Source of the DNA: Elusimicrobiota bacterium
Lineage (GTDB): Bacteria; Elusimicrobiota; Elusimicrobia; Elusimicrobiales; UBA9959
Length of the DNA stretch: 64,000 nt
Reading direction: 5' to 3'
NCBI GenBank assembly: GCA_012517285.1
Contig: JAAYVG010000035.1
Location: forward strand, 7,647-71,646
Within the stretch, counting starts at the first letter, position 1. Each line of letters begins with the position of its first letter. Positions 8,773 through 18,135 of the stretch are shown one piece after another. The notes beneath the pieces were generated by a model. That model was given only the letters and a program-made list of their open reading frames with translations, ran no database searches and was not told the DNA's origin. The translations under genes and the position numbers were made by a program.

Positions 8773-9882
8773 ATGAAAATAGCTACTAAATGGACATTAT
8801 GGTTTGTTGTCATAGGTGTTTATGTTATGACACTCGGTGGTGTGTTTTTCTTTAATCTGTTCAAATGGACATTTGATGAAAAACTCAAGATGGATGTCAT
8901 AGATATGGTTAAGAACTATGCCCCTATAATGAGGGATGGGCTTCTAAAAAACTCAAGTGCTATAACATTTGAAGAGTTTACTCTTATGAATGATACTCTT
9001 TCAAAGGATGAAAGAATAGCATCAGTAATATATTTGAACAGAACAGGTGTTATAAGATGGCATAGAGAAGCAAGATTTATAGGTATGAGCTGGGATCAGT
9101 ATATCTCTCAAGTTCCACCATTTACTGATGCAATAGCTCAGGCTATACACTTTAAGAAGCCTGTTGTTAAGCCTGTTCCAAAGCAGAGCTATTATGAGAT
9201 AGCTATTCCTCTTACTGTCAACAATGAGATAGTTGGAAGTCTCCTTCTTATGGTTTCAAAGGCTACATCAGATACTCTTGTATCATCGGCAATGAAGAAG
9301 TATGTGATAGGAGCAATAGGTGTTCTATTTTTGTTAGGAATTCCTTTTTACTTTTTTTTCTATCACTATGTTATAAACCCACTTGAAAGCCTTGCTGAGG
9401 CTATTGAGGGTGCCTCGTTTAAAAATTTTGAGCTGAGATTCAATGCAAAAAATGATGAAATAGGTATGGTGGCTGATAGCGTTAATATCCTTCTACAGAA
9501 GGTGAAAAAAGAAATAGAATTATACAGTCAAAAGGATAAAAATTTTAAGGAGCTTGAGGAAAAGTGGTGGAAGACAATGCTTAAAACAATTGTTCCACTA
9601 AATGAATATGTTATAGTTGTTGATGAGGATAACAATGTGCTTTATGCTAATTTTGAGTTAAAAACTATGCCGGGAGGGAACACTCATCTTCTTGATGTGG
9701 TTGATAGCCAACAACAGAATCTTTTAAGATTAATAGGCCAGGCTTTTGATACCCCTGGTGAGGTTGTTGAGGGCGAGACTGTTTTTAAGGATCAGAATCT
9801 TTCTGTTAAGGTCGTTCATATAGGTGATACTGTAGAGTTAAACAGAACCCTTATACACTTCTATCCTAAAAAAGTTTATTGA
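8773..9882 (+). CDS. Membrane sensor-like protein: two TM helices, a periplasmic domain, HAMP, a PAS-like tail and no output domain
   Basis: TM1, a ~150-aa loop and TM2 are followed by INPLESLAEAIEGAS...NDEIGMVADSVNILLQKV, which looks like HAMP. No kinase, MCP or GGDEF motifs were seen. Confidence 0.55.
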   Translation: MKIATKWTLWFVVIGVYVMTLGGVFFFNLFKWTFDEKLKMDVIDMVKNYAPIMRDGLLKNSSAITFEEFTLMNDTLSKDERIASVIYLNRTGVIRWHREARFIGMSWDQYISQVPPFTDAIAQAIHFKKPVVKPVPKQSYYEIAIPLTVNNEIVGSLLLMVSKATSDTLVSSAMKKYVIGAIGVLFLLGIPFYFFFYHYVINPLESLAEAIEGASFKNFELRFNAKNDEIGMVADSVNILLQKVKKEIELYSQKDKNFKELEEKWWKTMLKTIVPLNEYVIVVDEDNNVLYANFELKTMPGGNTHLLDVVDSQQQNLLRLIGQAFDTPGEVVEGETVFKDQNLSVKVVHIGDTVELNRTLIHFYPKKVY

Positions 9883-9883
9883 T

Positions 9884-10232
9884 TTTTTTAGTGGCCCCTA
9901 AATAGGGTTCACTGAAAAAGTCTATTTGAACAATAAAACAAGGATTTTCGTTATGAGGCGAAAAAACGACCGAGCATACTACAAAGTAGTCTGTAAGCAA
10001 GTTCTGACGAAGCCGCAGTAGAAAAGCATTGAGTTTATTGCCAAAAGAAAGATAAGAAAAGTGCAAGGTTTTTGCAACATTACCTCAAAAATCGTGCACT
10101 TTTAAAGCAATAATACACTATAATCAAGACAACTATTCATTTGGAAAATTATCTTTCGTTAGAGTTTTTCAGTGAACCCTAAATAACTAAATGACCAGAT
10201 AACTATATAAGATAAGTCTTTCAGTGGAGTCT
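9884..10232. repeat. TIR-bounded element copy B (9905-10179) plus solo terminus remnants
   Basis: GGGTTCACTGAAAAAGTCT at 9905-9923 is inverted relative to AGAGTTTTTCAGTGAACCC at 10161-10179. TAAATA sits at 9899-9904 and 10180-10185. Solo terminus-like pieces occur at 9889-9898 (TAGTGGCCCC) and 10213-10230 (AGTCTTTCAGTGGAGTCT). Confidence 0.75.
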
Positions 10233-12915
10233 ACTTACTGGTTTGATTTGAGGTGGATTTGTTTTCACCATCATCAACTTTATCCTTGCCACAGCATTTC
10301 TTATACTTTTTGCCACTTCCGCATGGACATGGATCATTCCTTCCAACCTTTAACTTTGCTGGTTTTGATGATGATTGTGTAGTGTTTTGATAGTTTCCAT
10401 TTTTCTGATTAGTATTTTGTTTTATATCTTCTTTTTTTTCTGTTTTTTTATCATCGCTGGTTACAACCGGCCTTATTATCCTTGGTGGGAGCTGTATCCT
10501 GAAGAGGTATTCAACAGTGTTGTTTCTTATTCTGTCAAGCATCTTTTCAAAAAGTGAATATGATTCCTTCTGATACTCTATCAGCGGATCCTTCTGACCG
10601 TATGCTCTCAAGACAACACCCTTTCTTAAGTAATCAAGCTCATAAAGATGGTTTTTCCAGTTGTGATCTATTATCTGTAACAGAAGAATTCTTTCAAGCT
10701 CCTTAAAGTCAACACCTCTTTCAGTAAAATCTTTTTCTCTCTGAGCATAAGCCTGTTTAACCCTTGATATCACATCTTCTCTCAAAGAATCGTAGTTTGT
10801 TTCATCTAAAATATCTACTGTAAATCCAAAGTTTCTTTTAAGCTGAATATTTAGGTTTTCTATCTTCCACGTGGATGGGTGCATTTCCGGATTAATATGC
10901 TCCATAAGCATAGAATCAACCATCTCCTCTATCATCTTAAGCACTCTATCTGATACATCTGTTGCATCAAGAACAGTATCCCTGAGCTCATATATTGCCA
11001 TCCTCTGCTTGTTCATAACATTATCATAGTCAAGAACCTGTTTCCTTATGTCAAAGTTCATTGCTTCAACCCTTTTTTGAGCATTTTCTATCTGTTTTGT
11101 AATTATCTTTGACTCAATGACCTCACCCTCTTTCATACCCAATCTTTCCATTATTGCGGATATTCTATCAGATCCAAAGAGCCTCATCAGCTCATCCTCA
11201 AGCGATACATAAAACACTGATGCTCCTGGATCACCTTGCCTTGCACATCTACCCCTGAGCTGGTTATCTATTCGTCTTGACTCATGCCTTTCAGTTCCTA
11301 TAACGCAAAGCCCACCAACACTGACAACATATTCCTGTTCTTTTTCATCAGGTGGATTTCCGCCTAGCACAATATCCGTTCCTCTTCCTGCCATATTTGT
11401 TGCAATTGTTACAGCTCCTCTTTTTCCTGCCTGAGCTATTATCTGGGCTTCCATCTCATGATATTTAGCATTTAATACTTGATGTGGTATTCCCTTCTTT
11501 CTGAGCATCTGTGATAATGTTTCTGATTTTTCAATAGATCTTGTTCCAACAAGAAGAGGCTGTCCCTTCTTCCATCTTTCCTCTATTTCGTTGACTATAG
11601 AATTAAACTTTTCTTTTTCAGTTCTGTAAATTCTATCTGGAAAATCACGTCTTATACATTTTTTATTTGGTGGTATTTCAACAACATCTAACTTGTATAT
11701 TTCCCAGAACTCACCTGCCTCAGTCATTGCTGTTCCCGTCATACCTGATATCTTATTGTATAGCTTGAAAAAATTCTGAAATGTTATGGTTGCAAGCGTC
11801 TGGTTCTCTTCCTTTATCTGAAGATGTTCCTTTGCCTCTATAGCCTGATGAAGGCCATCGGACCATCTTCTTCCCGGCATGAGTCTTCCAGTGAACTCAT
11901 CAACTATAACAATCTCTCCATCCTTTACAACATAATGAACATCCTTTTTAAAAAGAAAGTGTGCCCTTATAGCCTGAGTTATGTGATGCGACCACTCGGC
12001 GTTGATATCATTATAAATATTATCAACCTTCAAAAGCCTTTCAGCCTTTTCAACCCCTTCTTCCGTGAGAACAACACTGTGATTTTTTTCATCTATAATA
12101 GCATCAAAACCCTTACCCACATCAACCCCTTCTTTTTTTGCTAAAAACTCTTCCTTTTCCGTTATAAACTTACACTTTAAAAATGGTATCACTCTATCAA
12201 CAATATAATATTTGTCAGTGGATTGCTCTGAAGGTCCTGAAATTATAAGCGGAGTCCTTGCCTCATCTATGAGTATTGAATCCACCTCATCAATTATTGC
12301 ATAGTTAAGTCCTCTTAAAACCTTTTCTTCTTTTGACATAACCATGTTATCTCTTAGATAATCAAATCCTATTTCATTGTTTGTTACATAGGTTATATCA
12401 CACTCATACATCTTTTTTCTTTCAGCATTGTCCATATCATGCTGAACATATCCAACAGTCAAACCTAAAAACTCATGAACAGGAGCCATCCAGTTTCTAT
12501 CCCTTTTAGCGAGATAATCGTTAACTGTAACTATATGAACGCCCTTACCTGTCAAAGCATTAAGGTATGCTGGAAGTGTTGCAACAAGTGTTTTTCCTTC
12601 ACCAGTTTTCATCTCAGCAATCTTTCCTGAATTTAGTACTATACCACCTATAAGCTGAACATCATAAGGCCTAAGACCTATAGTCCTTTTTGATGCTTCT
12701 CTCACAGCAGCGTATGCATATGGAAGTATATCTTCAAGCGTTTTTCCGTTGGAAAGCATGTTTTTAAATTCATCTGTCTTTTTTTTGAGTTCTTCATTGC
12801 TAAGGTGAGAATATTCCTCATCAAGAGAATTTATTTGATCAATAAGCGGCATCATCTTTTTAATATCACGCTCGCTTTTGGTCCCAAATATTGAATCTAT
12901 AAAGTTTTTAAGCAT
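10231..12915 (-). CDS. secA: Preprotein translocase ATPase SecA
   Basis: It spans 894 aa. Recognised motifs are MKTGEGKTLVATLPAYLNAL, DEVDSILIDEARTPLIISG, TNMAGRGTDI, and the C-terminal SEC-C zinc motif [19 protein letters not shown]. Confidence 0.97.
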   Translation of the reverse strand: MLKNFIDSIFGTKSERDIKKMMPLIDQINSLDEEYSHLSNEELKKKTDEFKNMLSNGKTLEDILPYAYAAVREASKRTIGLRPYDVQLIGGIVLNSGKIAEMKTGEGKTLVATLPAYLNALTGKGVHIVTVNDYLAKRDRNWMAPVHEFLGLTVGYVQHDMDNAERKKMYECDITYVTNNEIGFDYLRDNMVMSKEEKVLRGLNYAIIDEVDSILIDEARTPLIISGPSEQSTDKYYIVDRVIPFLKCKFITEKEEFLAKKEGVDVGKGFDAIIDEKNHSVVLTEEGVEKAERLLKVDNIYNDINAEWSHHITQAIRAHFLFKKDVHYVVKDGEIVIVDEFTGRLMPGRRWSDGLHQAIEAKEHLQIKEENQTLATITFQNFFKLYNKISGMTGTAMTEAGEFWEIYKLDVVEIPPNKKCIRRDFPDRIYRTEKEKFNSIVNEIEERWKKGQPLLVGTRSIEKSETLSQMLRKKGIPHQVLNAKYHEMEAQIIAQAGKRGAVTIATNMAGRGTDIVLGGNPPDEKEQEYVVSVGGLCVIGTERHESRRIDNQLRGRCARQGDPGASVFYVSLEDELMRLFGSDRISAIMERLGMKEGEVIESKIITKQIENAQKRVEAMNFDIRKQVLDYDNVMNKQRMAIYELRDTVLDATDVSDRVLKMIEEMVDSMLMEHINPEMHPSTWKIENLNIQLKRNFGFTVDILDETNYDSLREDVISRVKQAYAQREKDFTERGVDFKELERILLLQIIDHNWKNHLYELDYLRKGVVLRAYGQKDPLIEYQKESYSLFEKMLDRIRNNTVEYLFRIQLPPRIIRPVVTSDDKKTEKKEDIKQNTNQKNGNYQNTTQSSSKPAKLKVGRNDPCPCGSGKKYKKCCGKDKVDDGENKSTSNQTSK

Positions 12916-13020
12916 ATAACTATATTATAACAATTTATTAAATCATTGGCTGAAAAAGTTTTATTGTTCTCTCTCATTAATTTTTTAAAAAACTCATTAT
13001 AAAATTATATAATTTAATTA

Positions 13021-14553
13021 ATGAATTTTAAGAAAATTAATTTTTTAAACGAAACTGTTAGAAATATAGCCTTAACTATTTTCAGCTCTTTCCTTATATT
13101 CTTATCATATCCAAAGATTTCAATATCATCGCTTGCATTTGTTGCACTGATCCCTTTCATACTTGTGATCTTTAATATCAAAAGTCTTAAAAATGCTTTG
13201 AAATATGGTTTTGTGTTTGGTTTTACAACATATCTTTTTTTGCTCTACTGGATATATATAACCCTTAGAGCAGGGGATGTCAATTTGCTTTTTTCAATTC
13301 TTGGTCTTATCCTTCTCTGTCTTATTCTTTCTGTTGAGTTTATAATAATAACAAGTATAACCTTTTATGCCAAACAGTACGGAACTGTTATGATGATATT
13401 TGTTCTTCCATCGGTTTGGGTGCTTGTGGATTTTTTTAAGGTTGCTATAACAAGATACATTCCATATTTCCCTTGGTTTCAGATATCATATTCCCAGTGG
13501 AACAATCCATATATACTCAATCTGGCATATTTTGGACAGTCATACAGCATCACATTTTTAATAGTTTTTATTAATGCCATGCTTGCATCAATATTTCTGG
13601 AAAGAGAAAAAAAGCAAAAGATTAGAAGATTTATTACAGCATTTATAATTATTCTTATATCAATTATTATTGGCAGGATGAGATATTATGACATAGAAAC
13701 TGCTTTTAAAAACTCAAAAGAAAGCATTAAGATAGCAACGATACAACCTTCAATAGATTTTTATCTTAAATGGGATCTAACATCAATAGATTATATACAG
13801 TCAAGAATTGAGGCTCTTTTAAAGGAAGTGGAAACAAAAAAACCCTCACTTATTATATGGCCTGAGAATGCACTTTATGGCTGGATAGATGATCCTGCGG
13901 TATTTTCATGGCTGTGTTCTTGCATAAACAGTACAAAAACAAATCATATCGTTGGCTCTGTATCAAAAAATGATAACAAGCATGTATCACTTTATTATAT
14001 AGATCAGAAATGTGAAATCAAGAATGAATACAATAAGAGAATGCTTGTTCCATTTGGTGAGTATGTGCCGATGAGAAAATTTCTCGGAAAATATATATCA
14101 GCAATAACCGGGCTTGGCGAGTTCAGCGAAGGCAGTATGTCTCAAAAACCATATGAATTTATAGGATTTAAAATAGGTAACACAATATGCTATGAAACAG
14201 TTTTTAACTACTTGTTTTATCCTGATAGTGATGTGGATTTCTTTGTAAACATAACAAACGATGGCTGGTATCTTGACACATCAGCTCCTTATCAGCATTT
14301 TGCAGCAGCTGTTATGCGATCTGCTGAAACAGCAAGACCACTTGTAAGATCTGCCAACAACGGTATATCAGCTGTCATATATCCAAATGGAAGGATATAT
14401 TCGAAACTTGATCTTAATGAATATGGTTATATAATCAGTGAACTCAAAAAAATTGATTTTCCGCGTCCGAATGATACGGAAAAAAATCTAACAGTTTATA
14501 TCAGCCTTATGATAACAATTGCCTTTGCTATTGCCATGCTTTTTAGAAGATGA
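13021..14553 (+). CDS. lnt: Apolipoprotein N-acyltransferase
   Basis: A polytopic N-terminal half is followed by a CN-hydrolase domain (IIWPENAL, NTICYE, ITNDGWY). Confidence 0.85.
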   Translation: MNFKKINFLNETVRNIALTIFSSFLIFLSYPKISISSLAFVALIPFILVIFNIKSLKNALKYGFVFGFTTYLFLLYWIYITLRAGDVNLLFSILGLILLCLILSVEFIIITSITFYAKQYGTVMMIFVLPSVWVLVDFFKVAITRYIPYFPWFQISYSQWNNPYILNLAYFGQSYSITFLIVFINAMLASIFLEREKKQKIRRFITAFIIILISIIIGRMRYYDIETAFKNSKESIKIATIQPSIDFYLKWDLTSIDYIQSRIEALLKEVETKKPSLIIWPENALYGWIDDPAVFSWLCSCINSTKTNHIVGSVSKNDNKHVSLYYIDQKCEIKNEYNKRMLVPFGEYVPMRKFLGKYISAITGLGEFSEGSMSQKPYEFIGFKIGNTICYETVFNYLFYPDSDVDFFVNITNDGWYLDTSAPYQHFAAAVMRSAETARPLVRSANNGISAVIYPNGRIYSKLDLNEYGYIISELKKIDFPRPNDTEKNLTVYISLMITIAFAIAMLFRR

Positions 14554-14569
14554 AAAAAATTGTGGATAC

Positions 14570-14745
14570 TCGCAAATAGGGGCCACCGAAGAAGTTATCT
14601 GGTCATTTAAAAACCAAAAGTAACCGCGTAGGTTACTTTTGGTTAGCAACAAAATAATATTAAAATATAATCATAAATTTTCTCATATCTGAAGTAACCT
14701 ACGCGGTTACTTCGGGTTTTGAACGGCAATGTATAAAATTGTGGG
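14570..14745. repeat. Twin-hairpin intergenic element, copy 1
   Basis: Hairpins CCAAAAGTAACC-GCGTA-GGTTACTTTTGG (14614-14642) and GAAGTAACC-TACGC-GGTTACTTC (14691-14713). About 100 nt match the inverted copy at 42.06-42.16 kb. The element starts with a TIR-like GGGGCCACCGAAGAAGT. Confidence 0.8.
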
Positions 14746-14773
14746 CAGAATTAGATAATTTAATGAATATAAC

Positions 14774-15214
14774 TTAAAAATTATTTATTTTTTTTGGCGT
14801 TGATTTTTTATTCTGCTTTTTTTGTTTTTCTTTCACCAGTGATATCTTTTCTATCTGTGGAGTTGTATTTATATCACCGGTATATGTTATCTTTAATCTA
14901 TCGCCTATCTTAAGATCTGATATATCAATTTTCTTTTTACCATATTTTATAACCAAACCATCATAAGAAAACGTAAGAGACATTTCTTTTTTCTTTGTTG
15001 ATTCCATTGTAATAGTTTTCTTTTCAGAATCTATTGCCTTTATTATGCCTGTCATAGTATGTTTTTTTTGTTCTTTATCAGATGTATCCTTCTGTGGTGA
15101 TGCTACAAATCCCTTTTTTACCTGTCCTGTGTTATTGATCTCTGTTGCAGAAACGGCATTAAGAGATGCAATTCCAAAAGAAACTATCATAGCAGCCATA
15201 ATGATCTTTTTCAT
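14774..15214 (-). CDS. Small secreted protein of unknown function with a Lys-rich C-terminus
   Basis: SD GGGAGGG, signal peptide MKKIIMAAMIVSFGIASLNA. I recognise no family. Confidence 0.6.
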   Translation of the reverse strand: MKKIIMAAMIVSFGIASLNAVSATEINNTGQVKKGFVASPQKDTSDKEQKKHTMTGIIKAIDSEKKTITMESTKKKEMSLTFSYDGLVIKYGKKKIDISDLKIGDRLKITYTGDINTTPQIEKISLVKEKQKKQNKKSTPKKINNF

Positions 15215-15233
15215 AAACCCTCCCTAAAAAATA

Positions 15234-15320
15234 AGACAGATGGCAGAAAAAGTCAGACAATAGAAAAATCAATTGAAATAAAGAGCTTTATCAAATCTGA
15301 CTTTTATCTCTGCCTAATCT
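15234..15320 (-). repeat. CAGA/TCTG hairpin leader element (degenerate copy) in the 5' leader of the 14774-15214 gene
   Basis: The arms AGACAGATGGCAGAAAAAGTCAGA (15234-15257) and TCTGACTTTTATCTCTGCCTAATCT (15296-15320) are inverted. On the - strand the element ends ...CATCTGTCTTATT just before GGGAGGG and the ATG. Confidence 0.6.
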
Positions 15321-15411
15321 TTCTTATCACATTATATAATATTTAAAAAGCAGTAAGTTTTTTTTAGATTATTACTAACCTTTTAATTTATTAATTTTGT
15401 AAAATTTCATT

Positions 15412-17154
15412 ATGGCAATTAAAGTGCTTGATAGAGAAACCGCTTCAAAGATAGCGGCCGGTGAGGTCATAGAAAGCCCTGTGTCGGTTATAAAGGAGCT
15501 CGTTGAAAACTCCATTGATGCGGGTGCTACATCTATTTCTGTTACCGTTGAAAAAGCTGGGAAAAAGCTCATAGCTGTAAGCGATAATGGCTCGGGGATG
15601 AGCGGTGATGACCTAAAACTTTCAATAGAGAGATATGCTACAAGCAAGATTGGTTCAATAAATGATATCTTAGGACTTTCAAGCTACGGATTTCGTGGGG
15701 AGGCACTATTCTCAATATTTTGTGTCTCAAAAATAAGGATTTCATCTTACAATGGGGTTGGTGAAAATGGATACACACTTGAGGCTCAGGGTGGAGATTT
15801 TAATTCCATAAACATATCACCATCATCGCCTGTTAAAGGAACTACCGTTGAAGTAAGGGAACTTTTTTATAATACACCTGCAAGGTTTAAATTTTTAAAA
15901 AGCGATGCACATTTAAGAGGGCTTATAATAAAACTTTTTGAGGAGTTTGCTCTCATAAGGCCTGAGATAAGGTTCAAGCTTATAATGGATGGCAAGGAGA
16001 TATACAACTTTGGCGAGGAGAAGGGAAAAAGTTTTTTAAAGCGAGCAGCAGAGATCTTGGGGAAGGATATATCAAAGGGGTTGATTGAGTTTGATGAAAG
16101 ATTTGATAACCTTGCCCTTAGTGGTTTTATCTCAAGCACCTCAAATCTTATATCCTCAAAATCTTTTCAGTATGTCTATGTCAACAATAGGATTGTTGAT
16201 TCAAGGACTGTTTCAATGGCGGTTTACAAGGCATATGAGAATGTAAGGCTTTCAAAGCATCCTGTGTTTCTTTTTTCTATTGAGATTGATCCTGCTAAAA
16301 TAGATGTCAATGTTCATCCACAGAAGAAGGAGATAAAGTTTGATGATGAGAGTTTTATATTCAATGCTGTTTTAAGAACAATTGAAAAAAAATTAGAGAT
16401 AAAAGATCAATCACCGAGGATTGAAATCAAGGATAGCAATAATTTTAGCAGCTGGTTTGATCAGAGGGTTGAGGGTGTGTCTGAGAGCAGATCAAAAAAT
16501 TATTTTAGCCAAAATGATTTTATTAAAACGATGTATCAGGGTGAGAAAAAACCACTCTGGTATAACCCGCCGATAAGATTTGTCGGACAGGCATTTTCAA
16601 GCATACTCATATATCAGGCGGAGAAATCCATACTCCTTGTTGACCAGCATGCAGCTGCAGAGAGGATAAGCTTTGAAAGGTATGTGGATGAGTTTAATAG
16701 AAAAAGCATAGTCGTTCAGAAGCTTTTACTACCCGTTGATGTTGCAATTCCTCAGTCAAAGATATCAAATATAGTTGAGATGAAGGAGTGGCTTGGCACC
16801 GCCGGCTTTGAGATAAACCAGAACGGGCCATCGTCAATAGTGGTTTATTCTATGCCTCAGATTTTTGAGCTTTCACAGAATTTGCTTCGCGAGTTGTTCA
16901 TTTATTTATCAGAGGTTATTTTAAAACCTCAAAACATATCAAGCGAGCTTAAGAGGGATACGATAGCTATGGCTGCCTGCAAGAAATCAATAAAGTTTAA
17001 GGAAAAGCTTGATGAAAGATCAGCTATGCATCTTATAGAGGAGCTCAAGGACACAAAGGACTCGCTCCACTGCCCGCACGGAAGGCCTACCATTGTTGAG
17101 ATAACATCAGATGAGCTGGTTAGAAAATTTGGAAGATCTGCTGGCGCTGTATGA
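15412..17154 (+). CDS. mutL: DNA mismatch repair protein MutL
   Basis: The N-terminus IKVLDRETASKIAAGEVIESPVSVIKELVENSIDAGAT is a GHKL ATPase. The C-terminal dimerisation/endonuclease region contains DQHAAAERI. Confidence 0.95.
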   Translation: MAIKVLDRETASKIAAGEVIESPVSVIKELVENSIDAGATSISVTVEKAGKKLIAVSDNGSGMSGDDLKLSIERYATSKIGSINDILGLSSYGFRGEALFSIFCVSKIRISSYNGVGENGYTLEAQGGDFNSINISPSSPVKGTTVEVRELFYNTPARFKFLKSDAHLRGLIIKLFEEFALIRPEIRFKLIMDGKEIYNFGEEKGKSFLKRAAEILGKDISKGLIEFDERFDNLALSGFISSTSNLISSKSFQYVYVNNRIVDSRTVSMAVYKAYENVRLSKHPVFLFSIEIDPAKIDVNVHPQKKEIKFDDESFIFNAVLRTIEKKLEIKDQSPRIEIKDSNNFSSWFDQRVEGVSESRSKNYFSQNDFIKTMYQGEKKPLWYNPPIRFVGQAFSSILIYQAEKSILLVDQHAAAERISFERYVDEFNRKSIVVQKLLLPVDVAIPQSKISNIVEMKEWLGTAGFEINQNGPSSIVVYSMPQIFELSQNLLRELFIYLSEVILKPQNISSELKRDTIAMAACKKSIKFKEKLDERSAMHLIEELKDTKDSLHCPHGRPTIVEITSDELVRKFGRSAGAV

Positions 17155-18134
17155 AGACGAAGGACGTCCTCATAGCCTCGTTGGGAATAATAATAAGCGT
17201 CTTTCTTTTATACATAACATTCAGGGATATTGATTTTTATAAAATCGGCTCGCTGTTGAAGATGACCGATTACCGATTTGTTGCTCTATTCCTCGTTTCA
17301 ACATTCTTTGAGATGTTTTTCAGGGCTTTGAAGTGGTATCTTATATTAAAAATAAATGTTGAGGGAATAAAATTCTGGGATGTGTTTAAGTTTGCAATAG
17401 TTGGTTTGGGGATAAACAATATACTTCCGTTTAGAATTGGTGAGCTCACAAAGATGTTTCTCGTATCAAGTTTTTATTCAGTTTCAAAGACTATGGTCCT
17501 TTCAACAGTTTTTGTTGAACGAACGATTGATACAATAATACTTTTCTCACTTTTTCTGCTTTATTCAGAGTTTGGCAATATAAACATAATTGTAGACCCT
17601 GCCATAATACTCTCAATACTTGTAGTTGCAGTGATTGTTATCTTCATATTCTTTATATATGCTGACAGAATACTCAATTTCAGCTATTTTAAAAAATTAA
17701 AGATTTCTCATCCAAAGCTACATTCCACACTTGTAAAAATAAAAAATGGCGGAAGATGTTTTAAAAATCTAAAGTTTACATTTTTAATACTTTTTTATGG
17801 AATTGTCCAGTGGAATTTTGATGTTTTGAACAACTATTTTATGGCAAAGGCACTTGATATAGATGTCATTGATTACTTTAAGTCTGCAATGACAGTTTTT
17901 GCAGGCTCAATATCTGCAAGCATTCCATCGATGCCGGGCTACTTTGGGAACTATGAGTATGCCATATCAAGGGTCTGTATGACATGGGGGGTTGACAAGG
18001 ATGTGTCAATAGCATTCCCAACGCTTATACACATAATAACATATGTGGTGATAACTGTTGCGGCGATAGTGTTTATCTATTCACTCGGGCTTAACTTTAA
18101 AAAGATAATCAACATATCAAAGGGGAAGAAATAG
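17151..18134 (+). CDS. Flippase-like (lysyl-PG synthase TM-region family) integral membrane protein
   Basis: About 8 TM helices. The N-terminal pattern and ILPFRIGELTK resemble the UPF0104/flippase-like family. There is a 4-nt overlap with mutL. Confidence 0.55.
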   Translation: MKTKDVLIASLGIIISVFLLYITFRDIDFYKIGSLLKMTDYRFVALFLVSTFFEMFFRALKWYLILKINVEGIKFWDVFKFAIVGLGINNILPFRIGELTKMFLVSSFYSVSKTMVLSTVFVERTIDTIILFSLFLLYSEFGNINIIVDPAIILSILVVAVIVIFIFFIYADRILNFSYFKKLKISHPKLHSTLVKIKNGGRCFKNLKFTFLILFYGIVQWNFDVLNNYFMAKALDIDVIDYFKSAMTVFAGSISASIPSMPGYFGNYEYAISRVCMTWGVDKDVSIAFPTLIHIITYVVITVAAIVFIYSLGLNFKKIINISKGKK

Positions 18135-18135
18135 T

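Noticed and set aside
9866-10066. A 66-aa minus-strand ORF between the HAMP protein gene and secA.
   Set aside because: It lies inside repeat element B and has no SD. It is most simply explained as a chance frame in repeat DNA.
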